Part shown: positions 25,621 to 37,195 of the stretch, piece by piece | Position numbering within the stretch: the stretch's first letter is position 1 | Layout: each line of letters starts with the position of its first letter | Assembly: GCF_018350175.1 (NCBI RefSeq) | Contig: NC_058368.1 | Span: 8,928,001 to 8,992,000, forward strand | Reading direction: 5' to 3' | Source of the DNA: Felis catus | Taxonomy: Eukaryota | DNA: 64,000 nt | Notes under the pieces: model-generated | What the model saw: the letters and a program-made list of their open reading frames with translations, nothing else | The model's database searches: none | What the model was told of the DNA's origin: nothing | Made by a program: the position numbers and the translations under genes

Positions 25621-28600
25621 ACTTCTGTCACATTCCCCCAGGTAACTGGCCCAAGGGCACGTAGTCAGCGAAAGATGGAGCCGGGCTCGAACCCAAGTCT
25701 TTCTGCCCCAAAGCCCCGCACTGTCCTCTGAAGCGGGCTCTCCGGGTGTGGGGGCGGGGCGCGGAGGGCGTGGCGAGGTTGTAGACAAGTGGGGACAGAT
25801 GGCCCAGCTGACTGGCGGACAGGAGAGCCCCCAATGTGTCCCACCTGAAGGGCCGCATCCTAACCCGCCTCCGTCCCCCAGCACCCAGGAGGCGTCATGA
25901 CGTGCAGAGCACCCACAGGGGACACGCGGGAAGCATCGGCTGACTTCAGTGGTAAGAAACTGACAGGAAACTTCATCGTAGGTAATCACCGCCATAACTA
26001 TCAATAGCTTATGAGGGTCTCTCAATCAAAGGAGATTTTGTTGGCTGAAGAGTTCATGGTTTCACTTGCTAAAGAGCACCTTTCTGTTTCCCTAAATGAA
26101 TATAAATGTAAAAAGCTGCCAGTTGGGTTAAAATCCACCCTAAGCAGCACAGTCTTGTCTACTAAGATTTGAAACAGCTCCCGTTTTCTTCACAGATACT
26201 TTCTGCTCTGCGGTGTATTCTATCTCCCACCTCCCTTCTCGCCCCAGCTGAGGACAGCTTTCCCACTCCACTGGGGGACAGCTTGAGTACCCGTGACACC
26301 CTCTGCCTAGGGTTTTCTGAGGTCCAAATTCATATCTTTAAGTCGGGACTTGGGGTCTCTGTTTCCACATCTAAAGATGAGGCAGTACTGCTGTCCTACT
26401 GTCGCAGGGTGCTAATGAGGGTCAAATGAGATGATGCATTAGGGAACACACTGGAAGGCCAAATTCGTTCTTCTTCAAATGCCAAGAGCTCCTGTTTTTG
26501 CCACGCTGGTGGGCACTAATCCCTCATATTTCTAATCTTTCTTCAACATCTCGGTTTGTCAGCTGTCTCTGCCTCCGAAAGCAGAAGCAGACAACCCTAT
26601 CAGTGAAGGGCTCCCGTCACGACAGCTGTCGTGGTCCCTCTTGAGCGGAGGCTGTGCCACAGATGCTGTCGTCTTCTTCACTAGGCTCAAATCTTTGCAA
26701 CATTGTCCACTCAACTTGAAGAAGGACATAAAAAACAAGAAGCCAACGGGAGAATTGTTAGGGACATTTTCACAAAACCCAGATACGATCTAGAAATGCT
26801 CCTTCTTAAGCCAGCAGGATGTGATCAGACAGTATTTGGGTCTCTGGACGGTGTTTCCATCACTCAGGAAGGTTGTGCTGTATCAGGAGAGATGCCCTGA
26901 CCCTGTGTACAGAACTGCGTTACAACAAAAACATGTGTTCTCTCGGGAGGTCAGAGCTTCTTTGCCACTTGCCTTTAATCACACTTACTTCTGTAGTATG
27001 TGACGAAAGGGCTCTGGATCTGCAACCTGAAGCCAGGTGACCTACAAACTCGGTGGGCAGGTCCAGGGGGAGACCTGCCATTGCCTGTCTGGTACAGTGT
27101 TGATTAACCAGAACTAAACAGGAGCCTGGTCCTAAGGAGTAGATTTCATAAAATTGGCTTTATATGAGCTGTAAAGCACTTCATTTGGGCCTTAAAAGCT
27201 GTCGTACATTTGGCTCTCGAATGGAAAAGAAATATCGTAAAGAATGTTTCCCTGAGATTAGAATTCAGACTTACTACCACAACATTGCCTCTTTAATTCT
27301 CTAGGCCTCTAAGGTATCCTGAAAGACAAGAGTTTTCCATGGCTCTTTCCAGAAGCATCCTCTGTTTCCAAAAGCACAAGGAAAACTGGCATCTGGAACC
27401 ACCACAAGGCAGAGGATTCTACGCAAAACTCATCTTTCGCCGCATGTTCACACAGACCGATAGTTTTCCATTTACTAATGCATTCACCTGACAAAGCCAG
27501 GCAGTTTCACTGATTTAGACCCCAAGCTCCTGCAATTTCCGCCCTCCCCCATCTTCCCATGGTCCCAAGCAATCGTGTGAAAATAACCTGGAATTTCTAG
27601 AAAACGCACTGGTTCCAAAATAGACAAAGAAGCTGTGAAAAACCAGGTCCAGCTCCCTGAACTGAGCTGGAGAGCAGCCGCACGGGGGACTGGGGTCCGC
27701 TGGAAGCAACCAACATTCTACACCAGCTCCTCAAAAGACACATACGCACGAGTTCATTTAATCCGCATCAGAGACCATCAACAGCAATTGTTACTCCTCT
27801 CATGAGAGTAAGAGTGGGGTTCAGGCGGCAGGTCCTGTTGCCCACAGTCACCTAACCTGCATGTGGTGGAGCCAGGATTTGGCCTAGGTCACCAGATTCC
27901 AGAAGCCCTACTCTATGCCAGCTGCCAAACGGATTCCACTTTGGCCAGGCCTATTCCCCCCCTGCTGTCGACGATTCTTCATGTGTCACCTGGTCCTACA
28001 AATAAAAGATTCACAAGAGTTAAGGGACACCCTCTTCCTGAATGATAACTCCTCTGCAAAAATTAAGTCAGTTATTCACATGGTGGAGTGAATCAACGGA
28101 CTCCACCCATTGGCCAAGACCCACCAGCTTCGAGTCAATAAGGAGCTTTATCTAAGGAAAAGTGAGTAATTTGGGTTGCAGGGCCCAACCAGGGCTTCAG
28201 GCAGCATTCTGGAAAGCACACAGACAGCAAGGCTTAAAAAAGTATGAAAGGAAACAACCAGCCAAAGAAGATGGATTAAGCTTATGCTGGAGCTATTACA
28301 TCCTGATAAAAGTGGAGAGAAAGTGTCAAAAAAAACCCCACAAAAACCCATGTATAGCATCCCTGAGAAATAATAACATACTGAATATGAGTTTTTATAA
28401 AGAATGGTCTAGAAAGAAAACTGAAATAGGTGTTTCTCAACAGGGGACTTAGGGCATTTTTTTAGATTCTGCATTTTGACAATTTTCTCTAGAAGTGTGG
28501 TACTGCTTCTGAGTTAAGGAGAAGGAAATATTCTAATAAAACCAACAAACAAATAAGTGGAAAAAAAGGAAGGCATAAGGTCCAAAGACAAGTTGAACCA

Positions 28601-30859
28601 TGTCAGGAGTCTATCTGGAGATGTGGACAATTGAGTACGTGGGGTTTCATTATGCTTTCTCTCTACATTTGTGCACATTTGGAAATTTTCAGAAGTGAAT
28701 GTGAAAAGAAAGGAATTCATCCAGGGCTGACCCAGAAAACAAAGAGGAAATTCTTCAACAACCTGTATCAGGGCCAGGATAGCCCCTCAGCGCTGTTAGC
28801 CATGGCCACATATTAGTTACATAGTCTTTTATGTAGGATTAAGTTGAAGCATATAACATCGTCAGTATTCAGCTACGTTTTACATAAAAACAGCCTAGAG
28901 CAAAGAATCCGTAATAGGCAGGCCTGGTCTTACCTCTTACCAGTCTCGTTCCTATACAGACTTGCGTCTGTATCATACACGGGGAATTAGACTGAAATCA
29001 GAAAAGGTAACACGAGTTCCAAAGAACAGTTCCGAGAAAAAAGGAGTGATTCGTAGGTTATTCAGAAGCTGGCAGCTGCTGAAACAGAGACACTTGTAGG
29101 GAAAGAGAGACACTTGCAGGCACGCCTGTGTTTGTGCTACACGCTATGGGACACAAGCACAGCGTTGTGGTTCATCTGTCACCACTGGGCGGGCTGTGGC
29201 CCCACAGGGGACGTAAGGCACAGGCCTGCAGAACCGCCGGGACCACACAGGTGAGGCTGGCTGTGCAGGGCAGAGCGGGAGGGCAGGGCAGGACGGTCCA
29301 TTTACAGGAGTCTTGCACGGCCAGCTGAGGGATTTATACTCAGACCTAAAAATTTTAAGCAAAAGAAGGACATCAAAAAAAAATATTTTCTTGAGAGGCC
29401 TGATCTGGCCTTATTGTGAAGGACAGACCAGAGCGGGAAACAGCACCAGGACAGCTCACTGCTCATGGCTCAGCCTTCTTTCTTTGGGGGACAAATTCAA
29501 TTATATTTGTCTTCTGAGCATGATATTTTAATTCAACTAATAAAGCACTTTTGAGCAAACAAATGCTATAATCTTTGATATTTACCTGCCGTTTGCTCCC
29601 TGTTTTTTCCTCAAAGAGCCCTGAAATACACACGCTCCTCACACCCAAAGTTACCATGGGAATTATCTATGTGGTGTATGTCATGCACAAATAATCCCTA
29701 AGCAGGAAATGGCTTCCTATACCCATATCTCACAGGCAGCCAAAATTTCAGGCATTCATCCCCAAAGAAAAGCATGTAAAAGTTGAAAGAAACACCATAG
29801 CCTTCTCGTGTCATTTGCCACCTCACGTGTCTTGGGTCCAAACAACTACCTGCCGCGCTTTTCGACCACGAGGTATTTTTTTTTTATGTCATATGCTTGG
29901 AGGAAACACCCTAGTGCGTGGTGACAGAACAGTCTCAGCAGAGACAGCACAGCAGAGAATGTGCTTCTCGTGGCCTGAAATGACTCTGAGGCACCAGAAG
30001 CAAGGCCAGTGCCGTAAGGGTATGTGCGTACCAGAACGCTGGACCCAACGGTCAAAGCCAGGGGAGGCCTGGCAGAGGGTCAGGCCAAAGTCAGAGGTGA
30101 ACAAATCAGCCCGCAAAGTCGGACCAATGTAGTTACTCCTACTGGGCAAGACAGCTGGACGGCAGCATTAGGTGTGCAGGGGCTCTTTTAGCATGTCAGA
30201 CCACAGGTGCATCGTCCGTCACAGGCAGTGCCACCTGCTGTGTTGTAATGCAAGACCCCAGTGCAATACCATAACCGCACTGCCCTACAGAACGCTACCC
30301 GAATTCAACCCAGGCGCCTGTCAATACGACAGCATCCAATTATCCAGGACCACATTCTCCTTTACAAACAACGCCAGAAAACTGCAGCTGGGTTCCGAAG
30401 CGGGTCACAGACAGCAGCAACTGAACCCAACATTCCTGATGTAGAACCACGCACTCTGGGCATCCACCACCCAGCAGGGACAGTGAGGGCAGGAGAATAC
30501 CCAAATTGGTTAGAAGAATAAATGAACCCTTTAGGGTCGTGATCCTTTAACAGATTTAAAATCACGGATCACCGTGGAAAAAAGAAAGGAGCAAAACAGT
30601 TTCCCACAAAAATGGATAGCAGACGGGAACCACTCCTCAAGGAGCAAGGAAAGGCAATCAGTGGTACGCAGCCTCTGAGGTGGCCCCGTGATCCACTCCC
30701 GGTATCTCCTGGAGTGTGTGTAGAACTGGGACTTGCTTCCGGTCAACAGAACATGGTGACGGTCGGTGCTGGCCGTCACTCCACGGAGCTTACGTTACAT
30801 GAGCTCCATCTTGCTAGCGTCCTCCTCGTCAGCTTAATGAACCCGGCGGCCACGCCAGG

Positions 30860-31150
30860 AAAACCCATATGGCAATGAACGTGGCCTCCAGGTCGGCCAG
30901 AGAGAGGCCAGGGCCCCGGGTCGTACAATCATGAGGACACAGATCTGCCCAACAACCTGAGGGAGCGTAGAAGCAGAGTCTACCCCAGCCATGCTTCCAG
31001 ATGAGAACCAAACCCTAGTCAACACGTTGACTGCAGCCTCGTGAGCCAGGCCAGGCCCTGACTTCTGACCACAGGAGCAATGGAACAATAGATGTGTGTT
31101 GTTTTGGGCCTCTACGTTTGTGGTGATTGTTGTGCGGTGACAGAGCACTC
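30860..31150 (+). mobile_element. MLT1 (ERVL-MaLR) LTR 3' portion
   Basis: caacaacctgagggagc...cttccagatgagaacc...gacttctgaccacagg...atagatgtgtgttgttttgggcctctacgtttgtggtgattgttgtgc. Confidence 0.75.
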
Positions 31151-32431
31151 CTCCGTGGCCCCGTCATGAGACAGTGAGTGGGTCTGCATTCGTTCTCTCT
31201 TACACCTTCAAGGACTTAAAACCAGAGCCCAACATTTCTCCTCCTCTGTTTCAATGGTGGAGTTAACCTTTCCTGGACCTGAAACTATTTTTCTTGGTTA
31301 AGGATGAACGATTTGAAAGCAATTGCCTCCTCTGGAAGCATGGTATGCACTAAATGACTATTACTTCATTTTTTACAAAATTGCGTATTTGCCCTGTGTC
31401 ACTCTTCTGGGAGTTACGGGAGCTACAAAGATAAGCAGCGCACCGTCCCTGTGCTCAGAGTACGCACTGTCTGGAAAGAAAGACTAAAGCAACCATCTAC
31501 CCATTCGACAAATATTTACCTTAAGCCTACTATAGGCCTCCCCCGCTTCTAAGTGCTGATGAAACAGCAGGGAACGGAACAAAGCTGTCCGCCCTCTGGG
31601 CAGGAAGACATTATGATAAACTGAAGCGCACAAACAAGTACCACGGCAGAGACCAAAAAGCCTCCAGGGGATGCACCACCTCTGCCGCCACCTGGCACCT
31701 GGTCTGTATCTCTTCACTCAAGAAGGGGCAACCTCACGGTGGTTTCCAGTAGGTCGCGAATTCCCCTGATTTAGTTGCAGTTCAGGACTTGTGCCGGAGG
31801 ACCGAAGAACCGTCGATGGCTTCCCCACACATTCGGTCACAGCATCCTGATCCTGAGAAACAGATCTGATACAGACTTTTCATTCCGATGTGAACACTCA
31901 GCACCACGTGCCAAGCCCTGGTATTAGGTAACAGGAAGGGTTTCTAAAACAGTCTGTTAAGATAGCAGAGACACATCTGACGACTGCAGGAAGGGGAGGA
32001 AGAATGCAGAATGAATTCACTCTAAGCACTCTTACTAAACAGGCCCTGAAAAGAGGAGGAAAGAAAAGGACCCTCAAGGTTCACAATGGCTTCTGGCACC
32101 ACACAGGATGTTCCCCCCTCCCGGCCACACTTCCCTGCCGGCAAGGATCCAGTTTTACTGTCTTTTGGGAAAGTACACCTGGTAACTGTGCACCTTGGTT
32201 TCTGACATTTACACAGTTGCAAGGGCCTCATAAACACGCGGTGTACTTCCAGCCGTGAGCCTCCCTGTGAACTATGCGGTAGGAGCTTTGGGGAGTCTGG
32301 CCCTCCTGCTTATTTCAAGGTCACTGCTCAAAGACGCCTACCTGTGGCAAAGGCCGCTGGCCATATCCTCCACAAAGTTCCTCTGATGAAGGATGGCATG
32401 GGCTGCTGACCCTGATTATGTGTGCATTCTT

Positions 32432-32639
32432 TTTTTTCAACATTAAAAGAAATTTTTTTTTAATGTTTATTCATTTGGGGGGGGAGGGGCAGACAGAGAG
32501 GGAGACACAGAACTCAAAGCAGGCTCCAGGCTCCGCGCTGTCAGCACAGAGCCCGACACAGGGCTTGAACTCACAAACCATGAGATCATGACCTGAGCCG
32601 AAGTCAGACGCGTAACTGACTGAGCCACCCAGGCGCCCC
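32432..32639 (-). mobile_element. Feline Can-SINE (sense to SLC7A1)
   Basis: Reverse-complement head ...tgagccacccaggcgcccc. TSD gtgtgcattctt at 32420-32431 and 32643-32654. Confidence 0.93.
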
Positions 32640-33816
32640 TACGTGTGCATTCTTAATACAGCTAGTTTTGGAATTAAGAATATGAATGGCTGCAAAGGAC
32701 AGTAAGAATGTGAGAGGGAGGGAGAGAAGTCAGGGCAGGTTCTTTTGTAAACACACACACCTGAAAAAACTGCCTCCTTTTGATGATGCATAAAATAGCA
32801 ACAATAACAATGAAGTGCCCATACTCAGTGAACTTGTTATTTTAATCAAAAGCTAACAGGAGTAATAGCTTTCAAGTATTTTAATAGTAGAACAACCCAT
32901 CTTTCCCAAACCACATCTGCCAAACCCAAACTTAAGAATCAAATAAAAATGGAGCCTCTCTTACACAGAGAGATGGGAGCCACTGAGCCCCGCTGGCTAG
33001 CCCTGACCTGCCCCCGCCCTCCCTGCCTGGCTTCTTGGCCCCCCTCAGGACTCTGCGGCTCTAAGGCCAGGCCTGAAATGCACTGGCTTATAGTCACTAC
33101 ATATAGCCATACATATGGCACTACTGGCCATAGATCACTACAGCACCTGAACCTAAGAATAAGCTACGGGAGAATCCCTAAGTAAAAGGGGGGAAAGCAG
33201 AGGAATAAAGAGACAGGAGCAGGAGGAAAGGCTTGAGAGCAGGAAGGAAACTGGAGCCTGCCCTTGACCCTGAGAAGCACCAAGGCTCCAAGAGTCAAAG
33301 GCAGCACCGCAGTGCAAACCATCAGTGTCACGGCATTGCACACCAGCACGGACAGGCCAGGGGCCGCTGCCCAGTGCGAGGGCCACCAAGGGCTACACAC
33401 CACGCAGCAGCCCCGCATCCACACCGGGAGTGAGTGGCAGGCTTCAGCAGATCCTCTCTCCACAGCTGCCCTGATGGACATAGATTTCACCTGGGATGTC
33501 GGTCTTCCCCGCCCCCCCCCCCAGTTCCCAAGCCTTGCATTGGGCAGGGTGTTGGGAGTTCTGTCTCAAGGAAATGCAGAAATTTAATAAGCCCGCAAAA
33601 GTGAAGGGGCACTCGCGTTTTCTGACGAGGGGATGGGCCTGAACTGCTAAGGGCTCTGAAGAGGCAGAGCAGTGATAGATAAGCTTTAAAAGATGATGAC
33701 GCAGGGTGTAGCTGTCAGTTAATTTATAAAGTCAACAGCCAACTGAAGGCTAAACGGGCAATCCATTCTAGTGCCCAAGAGACCACCCTGCCAGCGTGCA
33801 GATGGGCAGACTGTAC

Positions 33817-33916
33817 CTGGAACAGGATGTGAGGACTTGTCACCTCGTCACCCGAGGATCGCCTGGGTCCTGGAGCAAAGACGTCTCAGGAGGGATGAGA
33901 TGGGTGCTTCTGGCTC
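33817..33916 (-). other. SLC7A1: SLC7A1 non-coding 5'UTR exon (exon 2 equivalent), 100 nt
   Basis: Minus strand reads tctcttctttgcttcccag|GAGCCAG...ATCCCTCCTGAGACGTCTTTGCTCCAGGA...TGTTCCAG|gtacag, with a polypyrimidine tract plus AG and a GT donor. The core closely matches the recalled human CAT-1 leader (ATCCCTCCTGAGACATCTTTGCTGCAAGA...TTCCAG). No ATG in the exon. Confidence 0.85.
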
Positions 33917-34889
33917 CTGGGAAGCAAAGAAGAGACGTTAGGCGCCACCCACCTGGGCCCCAGAACCTCCATGCCTGTGGCTGTGAGGCGAGGGATGATT
34001 CTGTTCAGCTCGGAGTCAGAAAAGACACCCGACCTACAACACCAAGCAAAGGTAGGTGGCATCAGAGGCCAGGCAGGTAAGAGTCCCTTCACGGGGACTG
34101 AACAGGCATATGGTGAAGCACCACTGGGCAGGGGACAAGACGGGAAACTGGATGAGACGTCCTCCGAACCAGAGACCTTACCATGTGACCTCCACCAACA
34201 AGGACCAAATCTCAAACAAGCATCACCCAGACAGACTCCCTCCACAGACCTAGGGCACAAAGGTAGATGGGTGGTAGGTGGGAAGGCACAAAGCCGTGTG
34301 GGGAGAGAATCCACCCCCCCCCCCACCTCTGACAACCGCACTGAGAACTGAAAGTGGCGGGGGCAGAAAGTCTTATCTGGGTCCCTCAGGAAACAGTCAG
34401 ACTCCACCTGTGAGTGGCCATCTTGCCAAAGACTCTCTGAACCAGCTGACAGATGGGCACAAACGTACGCCTGCCCTGGAGACTTCAGGATGGGCCAGGG
34501 TGCTCTAAATGTAGAACGCGCGCTGTCACCGTGAGCCTAGCGGAGTGGCCTGCAGTCCCACAAGGAATGGGATCGAGTGGCCGGAGTCCCCCCATCCGAA
34601 AGCAAGTTACCTCTGCTGATATAAAGTCCTCTGTCTCCTCAATCCTACCACTTCTACTTTGCACACACTCGCGCGCTCACCCAGGAGCTGGAGAGGTTTA
34701 ATTAAAGTCTCCTGATGTGATCTGCACTAATGAAACCCAGAGCAGATTATCATTACACCAAGGATGCACATCAAGACGCTAATCAACAGAGTTTTGGAAC
34801 TTCCACAGCAGCAAACCAGATTTCCAACCACGGAGATCCTACTCTATCCCGACCCACACCTTTTGTACGCTCATTGTACTCAAGGCTTC

Positions 34890-35200
34890 GTTCTTTTCCG
34901 CTATTTGCAAAATGTGAAAACCTACAGAAACACAAAAGGAACGTTTACATACCCTTCATCTACATTTACCGACATTTCTCATTTTGCCGTGTTCGTTTTA
35001 TTTTTATAGAAACTTTTCTCGTGAACCATTTGATAGTGAGCTATAATGGCTACCGTGACACTTGACCTCTATTTTGGTAACTCCTAAGAACAACATCTCC
35101 GGCAAAACTGCAATGCCATTATCACACCGAAGACACTGAACATGCAGTCGATGGCATCTAAAACACGGCCCAGAATCAAACGCCCCAAATTGACAGCGTG
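34890..35200 (-). mobile_element. Old L1MC4/5-like 3' relic
   Basis: gaaccatttgatagtgag...ctcctaagaacaa...ccattatcacacc resembles the L1MC 3' region. Family assigned by recall. Confidence 0.55.
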
Positions 35201-35466
35201 TTGCTCTTTCTCTATCATATGCCAGGTACCACAAGGGCACTGAGAAGGTCACGGCCCCGCAGGGGAGACTGACCTACAGATGCCTTACTGGGGACAAGGG
35301 CACTGAGGTAGTGTGGCTCATATGCGAGTCTCTGTCTTGGCTGAAGAGAAAGTGGGTGGCCCCACCTGAAGACTTGAGGAAAGGCCTTTGCAGTGAAGCC
35401 CTAAAGGACAAGTCTAGCCAACATATACACAGCAGGAACTGAACTGTGAAACTAGACAGGCTTGAA

Positions 35467-35926
35467 TGTGGCTGCCAGAATAATACCGTCCCCCCCACCC
35501 CAAACATCCAAATCCCAATTCCAGGAATTGGTGAATATGTTAGGTTACACGGCAAGGACGAATTAAGGTTGCAAGAGGAATAAAGATGCTAATCAGCTGA
35601 CCTTGAGATGGGAAGATTTTCCTGTGGTGAGCCTGATGTAGTCACGAGGGTCCACCAGGTGGAAGAGGGGGCGGGAGAGTCAGTGTCAGAGGGATGCAAT
35701 GTGACAAAGACACCATCAGCCACTGCTGGCTTTGAATGTGTCAGGGGACCAGGAGCCAAGGAAGGCAGGCAGGCTGGGAGGGACAAGGAACTAGACTGTC
35801 TCTCAAGAGTCCTCAGAAAGGAACACACCCCCGCCACCACCTTGACTTGAGCCTGGTGAGATGTATTTCGGACTTCTGACCTCCATCCAGAACCGTCAGG
35901 CAATAAATGTGTGCTGTTTTAAGCCA
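35467..35926 (+). mobile_element. MLT1D-like MaLR solo LTR
   Basis: tgtggctgccagaataat...gaatatgttaggttacacggcaagg...aattaaggttgc...gctaatcagctgaccttgagatggg...gacttctgacctcca...aataaatgtgtgctgttttaagcca. Confidence 0.85.
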
Positions 35927-36109
35927 ATGAAAAAACAAAAACAAAAAAACACAGAGGCTGGAAACAAGGCTGGAAACTATCAAAGTGCTGGGAGATGGGG
36001 GCAAATTCATCCAAGTCCTTGTGGCCAAGCCAAGAAAACTACACTTTGTCCTTCCGGGAAGGGAGAGACAGCCAAGAGCCATGATCGGATCTGTATCTTA
36101 GGAATAAAA

Positions 36110-37195
36110 CTCTGAAATAAAAGGAGCAGAAGCTAGAAGGAAAATAACTAACAATGCTTGCTGCCAACGATAAAATTTGAGCTTTCAAACAAAAAAACAA
36201 AAAACAAAAAAAATAGAATTTTGGAAAACTTGCATCCGTCACCAAGAACTCAAAAGATTCCCAAAATTTAAAACAGTTTTCTGATGACACTGGTGATGTT
36301 AACAAATGCGATTTTTAGAAAACAATTACATGATGAAATCTGTCAACGTTTGAAGATCTGCATAATTCAGTAAGACAGTATTTCACTGAAACATGGACAA
36401 ACGACTGATTCAAAGTACAAAGCGTAATTTTTGAAAAAAGTACAAAACAAGACACATTTTCAAGTACAAAAAGCCTGTCAATATGGTTTTAGATTCCACT
36501 GTGGAACCAACTACCTCCTTTCAAGTTTTTGTGCAGTATCGAAAAAGAACACTCAGGGGCGCCTGGGTGGCTCAGTCGGTTAAGTGTCTGACTTCGGCTC
36601 AGGTCATGATATCGAGGTTCATAAGTTCGAGCCCCGCATCGGGCTCTGTGCTGACAGCTCAGAGCCTGGAGCCCGCTTCGGATTCTGTGTCTCCCTCTCT
36701 CTCTGCCCCTCCCACGCTCACACTCTGTCTTTCTCTCTCAAAAATAAATAAACATTAAAAAAAAAAAAAAAGAACACTCATAATTATCCAAAAAGGCTAC
36801 TATCCTTTTCCAAGTATCTACCTGAGGCCTATTTTCTTTATATATTTCAGCTAAAACAGACATCAAAACCAACTGATGCATAATTAGACATAACAATCAA
36901 GCTGCCTTCTATTAAGCTGAGCATTAAAGAGATTTGTAAATATGTAAAATGACACTACTCCCATTAAATTATTTAGCAACTAGTTATTTTTCATAGAAAT
37001 GATACATTAACAGAAAATGGCTTCTTGTCATTTTTAGATGGATTAGTACGTAAATATTTGAAGCTGATCCCAACTCAAATTTGTAAGATGATAAATGTTG
37101 ATACATACCACCCACATAAGCAAGAGTTCCTTCGAGTCCTCAATAGTCTGTAAGAGCACAAGGCGGTTCTGGGACCGAACAGCTTGAGAACCGCT
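36110..37195. mobile_element. Charlie1-type hAT DNA transposon relic, interrupted by a Can-SINE
   Basis: ttgagctttcaa...tagaattttggaaaacttg...gaagatctgcataattcagt and the terminus gggaccgaacagcttgagaaccgct match recalled Charlie1. Confidence 0.8.
36556..36766 (+). mobile_element. Feline Can-SINE nested in Charlie1
   Basis: Full head, CT tract, poly-A. Perfect TSD aaaaagaacactca (36542-36555 / 36767-36780). Confidence 0.96.

Noticed and set aside
29086..29120. Short direct repeats (agagacacttg(t/c)agg x2; also tgataaaag x2 near 11545 and aggctggaaac x2 near 35955)
   Set aside because: Two-copy local slippage duplications with no array, spacer or CRISPR-like structure.
36110..37195. Possible transposase gene in the Charlie1 relic
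   Set aside because: Fragmentary, stop-ridden and SINE-interrupted. No long ORF.
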